A DNA stretch of 64,000 nt from Ignavibacteriota bacterium. Its GTDB lineage: Bacteria; Bacteroidota; Ignavibacteria; UBA10030. Made by a program: the position numbers and the translations under genes. Of this stretch, positions 29,743 to 40,098 are shown piece by piece; the stretch's first letter is position 1; each line of letters opens with the position of its first letter. The DNA is taken from NCBI GenBank assembly GCA_963701295.1, contig OY969585.1, forward strand, positions 2,176,001-2,240,000, given 5' to 3'. The notes under the pieces were generated by a model, which was not told the origin of the DNA, did no database searches, and saw nothing but the letters and a program-made list of their open reading frames with translations.

Positions 29743-29845
29743 CGTGGCAGGTGGGGACTAAATTGGTAACCTTGTGAGTGAGATAGGAGCAAACATCTTA
29801 ATCATTCACAGAAGATAATTGTAGATTTTCGATTGTTTTTCCATT

Positions 29846-29918
29846 GGCCCCGTAGCTCAGTGGATAGAGCAACAGCCTTCTAAGCTGTGGGTCGCGTGTT
29901 CGAGTCACGCCGGGGTCA
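29846..29918 (+). tRNA. tRNA-Arg (anticodon TCT), intact; CCA not encoded
   Basis: Cloverleaf: GGCCCCG/CGGGGTC acceptor, ACAGC-CTTCTAA-GCTGT anticodon arm, TTCGAGT T-loop. Confidence 0.95.
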
Positions 29919-29982
29919 CGTACTTAATTCATTTTTCGATCCTCCATATAACTTTCAATGGTTTCTAATATTTCTCAATAAA

Positions 29983-30018
29983 AAATCCCATCTCTTGCAA
30001 AACAAAAGATGGGATATA
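29983..30018. terminator. Hairpin between tRNA-Arg and the convergent peptidase gene
   Basis: ATCCCATCT / AGATGGGAT stem preceded by an A-run. Confidence 0.55.
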
Positions 30019-30038
30019 TATCTTGAAATACTTTTCTT

Positions 30039-32085
30039 CTACTTCAGATTCCAGATCATCGCGCGTTTTTCCGGAGCTATATACATCGCGCCGCCCTTAC
30101 CGCATCCGAATGCATCATAAAATGCTTGAAGGTTCGGCAACGAACCATTGACCCGGAGTTCAGCAGGTGAGTGGACATCTGTTTTTACCTGCATCCGGAG
30201 TCGTTCCGGGCGTACATTTCGCCGCCACACCTGTGCAAACGAAAGGAAGAATCTTTGTTCAGGAGTGAATCCATCAATGGGTGCAACATTCTTTCCTTTC
30301 AGTGCGTTCTCCATGGCTGTAAAGGAAATGGCAAGTCCGCCAAGGTCGCCTATATTTTCGCCGAGAGTCATTGCGCCATTGATGTGAAGCGAATCAATCG
30401 GGACAAAGCCATCGAACTGATGAGCGAGCGTTCCCGTTCGCTCGTCGAATTTCTTACGTGTCTCCGGTGTCCACCACATCTTCAAATTTCCTTCTGCATC
30501 GAACTTGCTGCCCTGGTCATCGAATCCATGCGAGATTTCGTGGCCTATAACAACACCGATACCGCCATAGTTAACAGCATCATCTGCTTTGAAATCAAAG
30601 AAGGGAGGCTGCAAGATACCTGCGGGGAATACGATTTCATTCATAGATGGATTGTAATATGCATTCACGATCTGTGGTGACATTCCCCATTCGGTTCTGT
30701 CTACCGGTTTACCAATCTTGTTAATTTCACGCTGCACAGCAAACTGTGCCGCATGCCGAACGTTTTCAAGATAGGAAGTTCGATCGATCGTGAGCTTAGT
30801 ATAGTCCCGCCACTTGTCGGGATATCCAATCTTGACCACGATCGCGTCAAGTTTTTTGAGTGCGGCCTGTTTGGTAGTGTCATCCATCCAAGTAATGGTA
30901 TGAATATGCTCACGCAGTGCAAGTTTAATATTGTTGACCAATTCCAGTGCACGAGCCTTTGCTTCAGGAGGAAATGCTTTCGCAACATACACCTCGCCAA
31001 CAGCTTCACCCAAGAGACCATCAATCACACCCCGGATGCGTTTCCAACGCGGCTGCATTTCTTTCGCACCTGTCATGATAGTACCGTGGAACCGAAAATT
31101 CTCTGCGACGAATGCGGAACTTAAAGAGTTTGCGGAGTTACTCACGACCCTCCAGCGGAGATAGTTTTTCCATGTCTCAACAGGAACGGTTTCCAACATG
31201 ACATTGACTTCTTTAAAAAATTCAGGTTGTTCAACATCCACGTTTCCTGGATTTGACCATCCCAGATCGATAAAATATCGTTTCCAGTCGAATGCGGGAG
31301 CGAGTGCTGCAAGTTGCTCCTGAGTCATTTTATTATAGTTCTTGTCCGGATCGCGAAGATCGACAAGCCGACGCGATGTCTTCGCAAGCTGCGTTTCAAA
31401 AGCCATCACTGACTGCGCTGAAGCAGCCGCCTTTGTGGTATCATCACCTATCAATTGAAACATCGCCATTACATGTTTTACATATTCTTCACGAATTCGT
31501 TTAGAGCGTGCTTCTTCTGAGAAGTAGTAATCACGTTCAGGCAGCCCAAGACCTCCCTGATCAATCTCACCGATGACTTCAATGCTGTTCTTCGGATCCT
31601 GTTCAGAGCCAAAGTTGAAAAGGGGATTTAAATGTATGGAATGAAGACGACCGATTTCTTGCTGTACATCCTGAATATTCTTAATCGCTCCAATACGTTC
31701 CAGTTCTCCGGCGATAGGTTTCATTCCCTTTGCTTCGATAGCGGTAGAGTCCATTCCAGTAGCATAAAAGTCGCCGATCTTTCGTTCGTTGCTTCCTGCG
31801 GACGCCGATTTGTCCTTTGCTGCGTCTTCAAGAATCTTCATGAAGCACATCGCTGTTATGGTCTGCAAGGATATTAAAGCTTCCCCATTGATCGAAGGCG
31901 GCAGGAATTGGATTGGACTTGAGCCAAGTACCGTTTGCATAGTGGAAGAAATCATCACAAGGTTTTATCGAAAGATCCATATTAGAAGGATCAATTGGTT
32001 TTGTTTGATTCGGTATATTCTGTCCAGTTGCTACATTGACGAGTAATAGTGCAACAGTGACTTTTAGTGTTGCGAAGAGCTTCAT
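30039..32085 (-). CDS. M13 (PepO/neprilysin) metallopeptidase, one frameshift near 31840
   Basis: Signal peptide and PCDDFFHYANGTW in one frame; VNAYY, HEISH and GENIGD in the other. Confidence 0.9.
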
Positions 32086-32397
32086 GGGATTGGTTCCTTG
32101 AATTGGTGGGAAAGGAGTGGATGAAAATCTATGATAATCTTGTGCGAGTCTCATCTTTGAGGTCGGCACAATATAGAAACCGTCTGTTTGATTGTCAAGG
32201 TTTATTCGTCAAGCAAAAAACTGCCAGAGTGTTCCTGAAATAAACTATAATGTTTTTTATTGAGGATGATTTGGAAAATTGTCATTCTTAACTTTGTTTT
32301 GACGGATTATTATTTTTCTCATGTAGAATGATTTCAATTAAATTCCGATTTAACAGGGAATTTGACATTGCATGAGGTAAGCCATTTTGCTCATGCA

Positions 32398-33134
32398 CTA
32401 TTTTTTCAGCGCTGCCTTAGAGAAGAGATAATCAGGGATAGCGGCATCAAGAACAATGGAGTCAATAAGAAACTCGGTTCCCTCACCATCTTTGAAGACA
32501 TCTTTATACAAAACCGACTTTGCTACCCATCGGTTCTGTATTTCCATCACCTCACGCACATCGATTGTCTTCAGAAGCTTGCCGCTTTTAGCGCAGAGGT
32601 TCTCTTTCAAAAAAACAAAGCGTGTTTTATCAACCCAAACCTTGCGGCTCTCGTAGGCAATGTCTTCTTTTTTTGCAGCGAGGTCCAACACCCAGCATGG
32701 ACGTCCGTTCACCGTTTCTTCAGAGGAAATTTTTGCCGTGTAGAGATTGGGCAAATGCGGATCTTCCATCATGTCTTCATAGGAAAGATCGGAACCCATC
32801 ATGGATTGGCGCAGCATGTGACCAGAAATTAAAATTGTACGGTCAGTGGAAGGGGAATATGTCCAAAGCATATCCTGAAGTTTCAGCATTTTCGTTCCTT
32901 TCTCGCGGGCGGGAGCTAGAAACTCAGTGAACGCTTCTTTGGTACCGCGCTGCCAGGATTTTGCTTCTAAAGTTCGGCTGCCGCGCTCTCCATGAATTAT
33001 CATACGAGAGACCAGAACTTTATTTTCCGAAACATGTTTTGATCCACTTTTTTTAGAATCTCGTCTCCAGGTAGAGTTTGTCCTAAAAGAATTGAAAGTG
33101 GCAAGAGAAGAATAAAACAACTGAGGTACCTCAT
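32398..33134 (-). CDS. Outer-membrane lipoprotein-sorting (LolA-like) protein, one frameshift near 33030
   Basis: Manual N-terminus MRYLSCFILLL..GDEILKKVDQNMF joins SENK..PAREKGTKMLK..MMGSDLSYEDM if one T is restored. Confidence 0.8.
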
Positions 33135-34405
33135 GTTTCCAACTCCTTAAACAATTGCGATGTTTGTCGTTTGTAAATGCCGATGCCGGACATTGCGCTG
33201 CCGAGCAACGTAGCAAGAATCCCCGGCAGGAAACCAATTACAAAAGTAAATGGCTCCACTTGTGCTCGGATGATATCAGTGAGCATCATAGTGCTGTTCT
33301 TCATCATCGATCCTATGTCGAACCCATGCACTTGCAAATAATATGCGCCTGCCACTCCAATCGCAGTTCCAATCAGAGTTCCAGCAATGCCAACAGTAAG
33401 CGATTCAACGATCATCGATCGATAGATATGATCTTTATCCTCACCGACGGCAAGCCGCAAACCGAATTCGCCATACCGTCGCAAACTTCCGGTTAAACCT
33501 GCATTCCATAAGACGATGGACATAACAAAAACAAAGAAACCGAGGATCAAGCGCGTGAATTTGTTGACCAAATCGAGATAATCAGAAAGCCCGCTTTGGT
33601 TTCGGAGTGTTTCCATGATTGGCGAAAACTTTTCTGCAGCATTTGGATAACAGGCATTAAAACCACTGACCATTTTATCTGCTAGTTCTTCGTGATAAAG
33701 ATCATCCCGATAAAATCCCAAAATTTCTCCGGCACCTTGCTGCATATCCAATGCCTGTTGCATGTCGGAGAGGTCGACGATGATAGCACTTCTGTCCATC
33801 TGTCCCACCCCAAATCGTATTGTTCCGACGATTGTGAAATTTGTGAACGACATGCTGCCGTACATCGTCGAGCTGATCAATGTAGCTTTTTGTCCCGGCT
33901 GAACATGTAGTTTTTGCGCAAGTTCTTCCGCTACCAAGAGATCGCCATGCTTTTTGGGTAATTCTCCTCGAACGAGTGCAGGTCGGATATTGAGTATTTT
34001 CCACTCGGGACTATCAGTCGAAAGGAGGTTTACTCCCATGCCAGCAACAGGGGTTTGTTCTTTTGTTTCACCTTTCTCATCTGGTATATCAAGAAGACCT
34101 CCGAACATAATACGCGATGTCCAAATAAGATCCGGATAACGTTTTTTTAAAGAAGTCAGAAGCGTATCAACTCCGAGCAATGCCAAATCATTTGGGATCT
34201 GGTCAACGTGCGCCGAATATGCTTTTGTCATCACACGAACATGCCCTGTTTGATAATGTGCAGTGGTTTGGATAAGGCCGGAGACCGCACCGTTGATCCA
34301 TGCGTGCAAAAACACTGTGAGCATAACACCGATAGCAACGATCAGCACAGGGAAAAGGGAACGAGATCGATCGCGAAGCAAACCTTTGAGGAGAAATTTG
34401 ATCAT
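33131..34405 (-). CDS. FtsX/LolE-like ABC permease
   Basis: N-terminal TM, periplasmic domain, RRYGEFGLRLAVG, three C-terminal TMs. Confidence 0.88.
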   Translation of the reverse strand: MIKFLLKGLLRDRSRSLFPVLIVAIGVMLTVFLHAWINGAVSGLIQTTAHYQTGHVRVMTKAYSAHVDQIPNDLALLGVDTLLTSLKKRYPDLIWTSRIMFGGLLDIPDEKGETKEQTPVAGMGVNLLSTDSPEWKILNIRPALVRGELPKKHGDLLVAEELAQKLHVQPGQKATLISSTMYGSMSFTNFTIVGTIRFGVGQMDRSAIIVDLSDMQQALDMQQGAGEILGFYRDDLYHEELADKMVSGFNACYPNAAEKFSPIMETLRNQSGLSDYLDLVNKFTRLILGFFVFVMSIVLWNAGLTGSLRRYGEFGLRLAVGEDKDHIYRSMIVESLTVGIAGTLIGTAIGVAGAYYLQVHGFDIGSMMKNSTMMLTDIIRAQVEPFTFVIGFLPGILATLLGSAMSGIGIYKRQTSQLFKELET

Positions 34406-35574
34406 GAGAGTTTCCCTCTCAATGCGTCTGTGGGTTTCAATTTGGCAATTTTCCGTGTCGGCAAAAAGCTAACGGTTGTTGTAACCAATAAGACCAGAAA
34501 TATTGTTCCAACAATCAATCCTGCGGAATAAGTTGGAAAAAGTTTTTCTCCGAGCGCAAAGCCCGCATTATCAAGCGCTCCCGGAAGAGCCATACCGGTT
34601 CGCGCTGCATAGCTGAAAAGTGGAATACCGTAGGCGGCGGCAACGATTGCCGCGAGCACTCCATGAAAAGCTCCCTCTAATGTAAAGAGTGCAATTATTT
34701 TTGTTCGAGTCATTCCGAGCGCCATAAGCGTTCCCATTTCTTTTCTGCGACGGAAGATTGAAAGAACTTGTGTATCAAAGATTGCAAGCATTGCAAGGAA
34801 TAGAAGAATCGTATATAAAATGCTTCCCTGGATCGTTTTGCTCTTTAAAAGCGCATGAATATCGTGTAAAAGATAATCCAGACTTTTAAAGTTCCATTCT
34901 GTATTTGGTTTGAGTGGTTGAATATTTTTTTTCAAAATAACTATTGTTGCCTGTCCGGTCATTGTCGTGAGCGATTGCATCTGGTCCAATGGAATCCAGA
35001 TTTGCTCATTGTCAATTTCCTGCACAGACGTTTTCATCACCTCTACAATTTCCACTTCTCTTGCATCGAATGTGCCATGAACATCGCGCCACTGAACAGT
35101 GATCTCATCACCTTTATGCAGTCCGATACTTTTTGCCATTCTGCTGCCGATGAGAGCAGGAATATTTCCCTGATCACTTTTCAAAAGAAAGGATGGAATG
35201 GATAAGACATTTTGACTTGGGTCGATTCCCTTGAGGAGGATGGATTGAAAACGTCCTTCCGGATAAATCGTAGCCTGACAGATAAGGATTGGAGTCGCTT
35301 CATTATTTTTGATAAGCGTCTGAAGTTCCGCAGGAATTTGAGCGTGCGCATCTACAAGTGTAAGTGGATCAAATGGATCGTATGCTTTCTGCCAGAATTG
35401 TCCGCCGCCATAGAGTGCATCAATGGTCGCTCGCTCGACCTGGTCATTCATACCGTTATACATTCCCTGCAGGAAAATAATAGTAACGAATGAAAACGAA
35501 AGCGCAACGACATTGAGCCAGGTTCGAATGCCAGTGCCGAGAATATTGCGGAAAGCAAGTTTTAGAATGAGCAT
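34402..35574 (-). CDS. FtsX/LolC-like ABC permease
   Basis: LAFRNI, RRKEMGTLMALGM, KLKPTDALR. Confidence 0.9.
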   Translation of the reverse strand: MLILKLAFRNILGTGIRTWLNVVALSFSFVTIIFLQGMYNGMNDQVERATIDALYGGGQFWQKAYDPFDPLTLVDAHAQIPAELQTLIKNNEATPILICQATIYPEGRFQSILLKGIDPSQNVLSIPSFLLKSDQGNIPALIGSRMAKSIGLHKGDEITVQWRDVHGTFDAREVEIVEVMKTSVQEIDNEQIWIPLDQMQSLTTMTGQATIVILKKNIQPLKPNTEWNFKSLDYLLHDIHALLKSKTIQGSILYTILLFLAMLAIFDTQVLSIFRRRKEMGTLMALGMTRTKIIALFTLEGAFHGVLAAIVAAAYGIPLFSYAARTGMALPGALDNAGFALGEKLFPTYSAGLIVGTIFLVLLVTTTVSFLPTRKIAKLKPTDALRGKLS

Positions 35575-35588
35575 GATTCACATCGCTT

Positions 35589-36323
35589 TCATGATTTTGT
35601 TTCGTCTTTCGCGACCTTTCCGTCGACGAGGGTAATTTTTCTTTTAAGGTATGCTATAACCTTTTCGTCGTGCGTGGCAAAGACGAATGTTGTCTTGAGT
35701 TCTTCATTCAGCTGCACCATGGTTTTCATAATGTTGTGGGAATTTTCAGCATCAAGATTCGCTGTAGGTTCATCGGCAAGAACAAGTTCTGGTTTTTTGA
35801 CAATCGCTCTGGCAATTGCCACTCGCTGACTTTGTCCACCGGAGAGTTGTGCGGGTTTGGAATCAGCCCGATCCGCTAATCCAACCCATTCCAAAGCATC
35901 TATAACAAGTTTCTTCCGCGTGGATGAATCCTTGCCGAGAAGTAGCAATGGGAACTCCACGTTTTCAAACACTGTATAGACCGGTAGCAAGTTGAATGTC
36001 TGAAAAATGAAACCAATATGGTCTTTCCGCAACTGAGCAGCTTCTGTGTGTGTGAGCAGTTCCGATTTTTGTCCCAGCACTTCTGCGCTGCCTTTGGTTG
36101 GAGCGTCAAGGCAGCCGATGATGTTCAAGAGTGTTGTCTTTCCCGATCCGCTTGGGCCAACTAAGCCAAGGAATTCGCCCTTGTGCACTGAGAGATTAAT
36201 CTTATCCAGTGCCTTTAGTATATTTAGTCCCAGAGGATAGGTTTTGTCCAGGTTTTCCGTTTTTATGATTATTGTATTTTGCATATGTATTCCATTATTC
36301 TTGCTTACGATTTTATTTTCCAT
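35589..36323 (-). CDS. LolD/MacB-type ABC ATPase
   Basis: GPSGSGKT, LSGGQSQRVAIARA, DEPTANLD. Confidence 0.95.
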   Translation of the reverse strand: MENKIVSKNNGIHMQNTIIIKTENLDKTYPLGLNILKALDKINLSVHKGEFLGLVGPSGSGKTTLLNIIGCLDAPTKGSAEVLGQKSELLTHTEAAQLRKDHIGFIFQTFNLLPVYTVFENVEFPLLLLGKDSSTRKKLVIDALEWVGLADRADSKPAQLSGGQSQRVAIARAIVKKPELVLADEPTANLDAENSHNIMKTMVQLNEELKTTFVFATHDEKVIAYLKRKITLVDGKVAKDETKS

Positions 36324-36348
36324 CGTTTGATTGTGAAAAAAATACCTC

Positions 36349-37497
36349 TCAATGATTAAACACGATCATCAGTTGAATTCCATTCCCTGCAAAGAGGCTG
36401 TTGCCTCCTTGAGATTGAAAAAGTTGAATATTATTAGGATTCCAGAATCCTATGAGATAAATTATCCAATTATCATATGTTCTTTGCAAAGTAAGGAGGC
36501 GGTACCAATCCTGATCCGTCCAGTCGCGATACAATATGGCCGATATTCGATCAAGAGTACCCAACGGGTAACTTACTGACAGACCAGAAAAGCCGATGCC
36601 GGTTGCCGTGTTAAAAACATTGTTGGGATGTTCATCTCGAAAATATTCAGTGAGGACGGTTAATCCATTTCCGATATCGAAAGTGTAATCGGCTCCTAAT
36701 GTCCATAGTCGCTGATATTTCATTCCAGGAATTTCGGTTTGTTCATGGATGATTACTGCCTCGAACCATACTCCGATTCCTATGTCCCATTTCCCATCGA
36801 GTGCAAATCTATTTTCAGGAACAGAATATCCCACCGTGTCGGCCGGGATTCCCGACAAATTGTTGAGATCGGCTTCACGATGATGATATGATATTCCAGT
36901 CTCACCGTTCAAGAAAGGTGCTTGTATTCTACCTCCATACTCAATGCTTTTCTTTTGTGTTGGTGCAACTTCCCATCCTTTGGTCTCCTCGTTGCCGTAA
37001 AGTCCCCATAGCCAGATATTGGTATTGGTAAGCAAGTAGTATCGCGTGAGCAAACCATATACTCCATTAGTAAGCTGCAGTGGATCGCGCGGATCAATCT
37101 TGTCGAACCACATGAGTGGCCGAAAGAGCGTTGCAGTACCGAAGCTTATTTTTTGCAGCCCAACACGCGCTTCGAACACATCTGATGCAAGCCGGAACGA
37201 TGCACGATATGGTTTTATTATTCCGTCGTATTCCATGTGCTGGTTTTTTGAAAAGCTTTCCGTAGCGAAGGCATTGAGCGACAAATCCACATCGGCACTA
37301 AGATCATCATTTATTTTTTGTTTCAAAGACAATTCGGGAATATAACGAAAACCTGTTTGGGAAATCGGAGAGTTGTCGGGAGTGAACATGATCCAGCCGG
37401 ATGCTTGGCCGTCCAGGGAGCAAGTTTGTCCAGACGCTGATGTGAGCCCGCAAGAAAGAAGAACAAGAAAAATTATGCAGTAAATTTTAGTTTTCAA
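36349..37497 (-). CDS. Predicted outer-membrane beta-barrel protein
   Basis: Signal peptide after a TTG start with AGGA RBS; alternating beta-strand pattern; ends IQLMIVFNH. Confidence 0.7.
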   Translation of the reverse strand: MKTKIYCIIFLVLLSCGLTSASGQTCSLDGQASGWIMFTPDNSPISQTGFRYIPELSLKQKINDDLSADVDLSLNAFATESFSKNQHMEYDGIIKPYRASFRLASDVFEARVGLQKISFGTATLFRPLMWFDKIDPRDPLQLTNGVYGLLTRYYLLTNTNIWLWGLYGNEETKGWEVAPTQKKSIEYGGRIQAPFLNGETGISYHHREADLNNLSGIPADTVGYSVPENRFALDGKWDIGIGVWFEAVIIHEQTEIPGMKYQRLWTLGADYTFDIGNGLTVLTEYFRDEHPNNVFNTATGIGFSGLSVSYPLGTLDRISAILYRDWTDQDWYRLLTLQRTYDNWIIYLIGFWNPNNIQLFQSQGGNSLFAGNGIQLMIVFNH

Positions 37498-37540
37498 CTG
37501 TTCATCCTGAAAATATCGGGGAACACGCGAAGGATTATTT

Positions 37541-38137
37541 CTATTGTTGATTTTTCCAATACAAAAGCAAGATTTCAATTAGATAGTTCTTAATATCATT
37601 AATCGGGAATAATTCAGGCGCGGCGACATAGTTTGCCGCAATGCCATCGAAGAAAATACTAAGGAGGTAGAAATCAAGATCTGGTTTTTTTGATCCTGAT
37701 TGCACAAGCAGATCGCGCGTTCTCTTTAAATAGATTTCGATGTACTTTTTGCCTTTTCTTTTTAATATTTTCCGCCAGCCCTCGTCAAGATTCAATCGCA
37801 GTGAAAGCAGAATTAATAACGGTTCCTTTTCCAATAACTCCAGCCAGGCATTAATAAAGGATGTAAGTTTTTCTTTGGGGTCTCGTGCATCATCATTCTG
37901 GACGAACTTAGGCAAAAACCGGTCGATTTCTTCGTCGATGATCGCTAACAATATATCTTGTTTAGTAGGAAAGTGAGAGAAAATAAGCCCTTTGGAGACT
38001 TTTGCCTTCCCCGCAATCTCATCCGTCGTGGTCGCTGAAAAGCCTTTCTTTGCAAACAATTCCAGCGCCGCAGAAATAATAAAGCTCCGGCTTTTTGCTT
38101 TCATTTGTTCGGATAATAACTTTGATCGCGGCGACAT
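37541..38137 (-). CDS. TetR/AcrR family regulator
   Basis: AALELFAKKGFSATTTDEIA..VSKGLIFSHFPTK. Confidence 0.93.
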   Translation of the reverse strand: MSPRSKLLSEQMKAKSRSFIISAALELFAKKGFSATTTDEIAGKAKVSKGLIFSHFPTKQDILLAIIDEEIDRFLPKFVQNDDARDPKEKLTSFINAWLELLEKEPLLILLSLRLNLDEGWRKILKRKGKKYIEIYLKRTRDLLVQSGSKKPDLDFYLLSIFFDGIAANYVAAPELFPINDIKNYLIEILLLYWKNQQ

Positions 38138-38155
38138 AATCGTATCTCCATTATA

Positions 38156-38201
38156 TGACTGACTACTTAGTCAATATAAATATAAGAAGAAGAGAAGTCA
38201 A
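38156..38201 (-). promoter_or_regulatory. Promoter and probable TetR operator
   Basis: Minus strand TTGACT-17-TATATT; imperfect IR TGACTAAGTAGTCAGTCA just downstream. Confidence 0.7.
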
Positions 38202-38465
38202 TACTTTGTTAGGAATATTTTCTCGGAATCATGCATTTCTTGAATTGAACGAAAAAGATAATCGGTTATGGCACCAGTTGTTAGAACTGCTCAATCACGG
38301 TTAAGGACAATTTGATCGGGGAAGAATTACCGTTCTAACTTCCTCCCAATGAGAGAACGAATCTTACTATCGTTTACCCTGTTTGTTCTTCCAAATATCA
38401 TGTACAATTTAAATTATACGGATAAGGCAAAATTTGTATTTGAAAAAATTAATAATTAAATTTTA

Positions 38466-39294
38466 GGTAATTAGGTAGAAACGTAACCGAAATAGATTAG
38501 AGTAAAGAGTTTCAACAAATTGTCATCGCGATGGTTAAAACGATATTCAACTTCTTTAAGATACATAGGAAAATGATATTTTGAAACACCGCGATAATTA
38601 TATAAGACATGTTTAGCAAAAGACCAAAATCCTTCAATACCATTAATATGATTCTTTGTTTTCGGAAATTTCTTTCCATGACTAATGGTATGATGTTTTC
38701 CAAAGCGTTTCAAGGAGCGATAACTACGAAAGGTGTCCGTGAAGTAGACCGATCCTTTCTTGGTATGTTGTCGAATATGATCCATCAATTCATTGGCCGA
38801 GACAGAATCAACAACCTTAGTATAGACCCGTCCATTGCGCTCCAGAAGCCCAAAAACGATACTTTTTCCGCCTGCACCGCGTCCTCGTTTGCCTTTGCGA
38901 CGACCACCAAAATACGCTTCGTCCAATTCTATTTCTCCTTTGAGCTTGCCAGCTTCAAGTTCGCTCACATGATAAATCGCTTCTCGAATGCGCTGATAGA
39001 CTCTGGTAACAGTTTTATAATTTATTCCAAGATCATTTGCCAATCGATACGCCGGTTGCTGTTGATAAAAACCAAGAATGATTTTCAACTCTCGCCGAAG
39101 AAGATGACTTCCTTTTTGTCTTTGACACTTGTTGCATTTTACGTAGCCGCGTTTCGTTCGACAGACGTTGAACGATCCACAAAACACACACTTCTTTCCA
39201 CTCAAAAAGTTGTCATGGTAACTGATTTTACTGGAACTTGCCATAAAATAATATACTTACAATTATTCTATGGTTACATTCTTACCTAATTACC
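38466..39294 (-). mobile_element. IS1595-family insertion sequence (829 bp)
   Basis: 23-bp TIRs (20/23 match, GGTAATTAGGTA...) and 8-bp flanks AAATTTTA / AAATCTTA. Confidence 0.9.
38471..39244 (-). CDS. IS1595 DDE transposase
   Basis: Zn finger, IELDEAYFGG, KRGRGAGGK, FTD, HINGIEGFWS, YLKEVEYRFN. Confidence 0.95.
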   Translation of the reverse strand: MASSSKISYHDNFLSGKKCVFCGSFNVCRTKRGYVKCNKCQRQKGSHLLRRELKIILGFYQQQPAYRLANDLGINYKTVTRVYQRIREAIYHVSELEAGKLKGEIELDEAYFGGRRKGKRGRGAGGKSIVFGLLERNGRVYTKVVDSVSANELMDHIRQHTKKGSVYFTDTFRSYRSLKRFGKHHTISHGKKFPKTKNHINGIEGFWSFAKHVLYNYRGVSKYHFPMYLKEVEYRFNHRDDNLLKLFTLIYFGYVST

Positions 39295-39384
39295 AAATCT
39301 TATTATCTTCCATTGTTATAATACTATGTGCTAAAATAACATGGCACTGCATTTACAAGAACTTTTTAAGGAGGAAAGGAGGAT

Positions 39385-40083
39385 TTGATGACTCAGAAAA
39401 GAAAAAAAAGGCAATCTCGAACCGATTCTATACCTGGAAGTCCTGTTTCTGCACAGAATCTACTACCGCTCGAACTGCCGAGCCCCACACTTGATCGTGA
39501 TAAATCAGTATTAAAAGCATTGCGGCAAAGAAAAACTATCCGTGAAATAAGCGATAAAAAACTTTCTTTGCAGGTACTTTCAAATCTCCTCTGGGCAGCA
39601 TGTGGAGTAAATCGTAAAATAGGCCCATTTGGAATTCCTGGAAGAACTGCTGCGTCAGCAAGCAACTCACAGGAAATTGATCTTTATGTTGCCATGCAGG
39701 AAGGAATTTATTTATATAATGCGTTTCATCATAGGCTGATTCCAGTTGTTGCGGGTGACCTGCGTGCCATGGCAATTGGTCCTGGTCAGGCGAATTTTGT
39801 AGCGAAGTCTCCGGTTCAGCTCATCTACATTGTGGATGTTCAAAAGCTTTCCAATACATCCGGTTATCAGGAACCTGGACTGCAAGATCCTGAAATTCAA
39901 AAATCATATTATTATGTTGATACAGGCCTCATTGCAGGCAATGTATATTTGTTTGCCGCTTCTCAAGGCCTGGCATCATGGTTCCATAATTGCAACAAAC
40001 CCGCTCTTGCGGCAAAATTAAATTTGCGGGCTGACCAGCGTGTACTCTTTGGCCAGACAGTTGGATATCCTGTTAAAAAATAA
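39385..40083 (+). CDS. Nitroreductase family (SagB/ThcOx-like)
   Basis: ALRQRKTIRE, LSNLLWAACG, RTAASASN, DTGLIAGNVYL. Confidence 0.88.
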   Translation: MMTQKRKKRQSRTDSIPGSPVSAQNLLPLELPSPTLDRDKSVLKALRQRKTIREISDKKLSLQVLSNLLWAACGVNRKIGPFGIPGRTAASASNSQEIDLYVAMQEGIYLYNAFHHRLIPVVAGDLRAMAIGPGQANFVAKSPVQLIYIVDVQKLSNTSGYQEPGLQDPEIQKSYYYVDTGLIAGNVYLFAASQGLASWFHNCNKPALAAKLNLRADQRVLFGQTVGYPVKK

Positions 40084-40098
40084 TAAAGGAGATTTCAA

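Larger units (their letters stand above)
22034..29910 (+). mobile_element. 7.9-kb integrative replicative element (satellite-like) in tRNA-Arg
   Basis: Identical 69-bp direct repeats 22034-22102 and 29842-29910; integrase at the left end; DnaB and Rep-O genes inside. Confidence 0.92.

Noticed and set aside
33135-33237. Long N-terminus of the 32398..33237 ORF
   Set aside because: Artefact of the frameshift; the real signal peptide starts at 33134 in another frame.
38609-39289. 226-aa ORF antisense to the transposase
   Set aside because: Shadow ORF with no motifs; the same applies to most short overlapping ORFs in the track.
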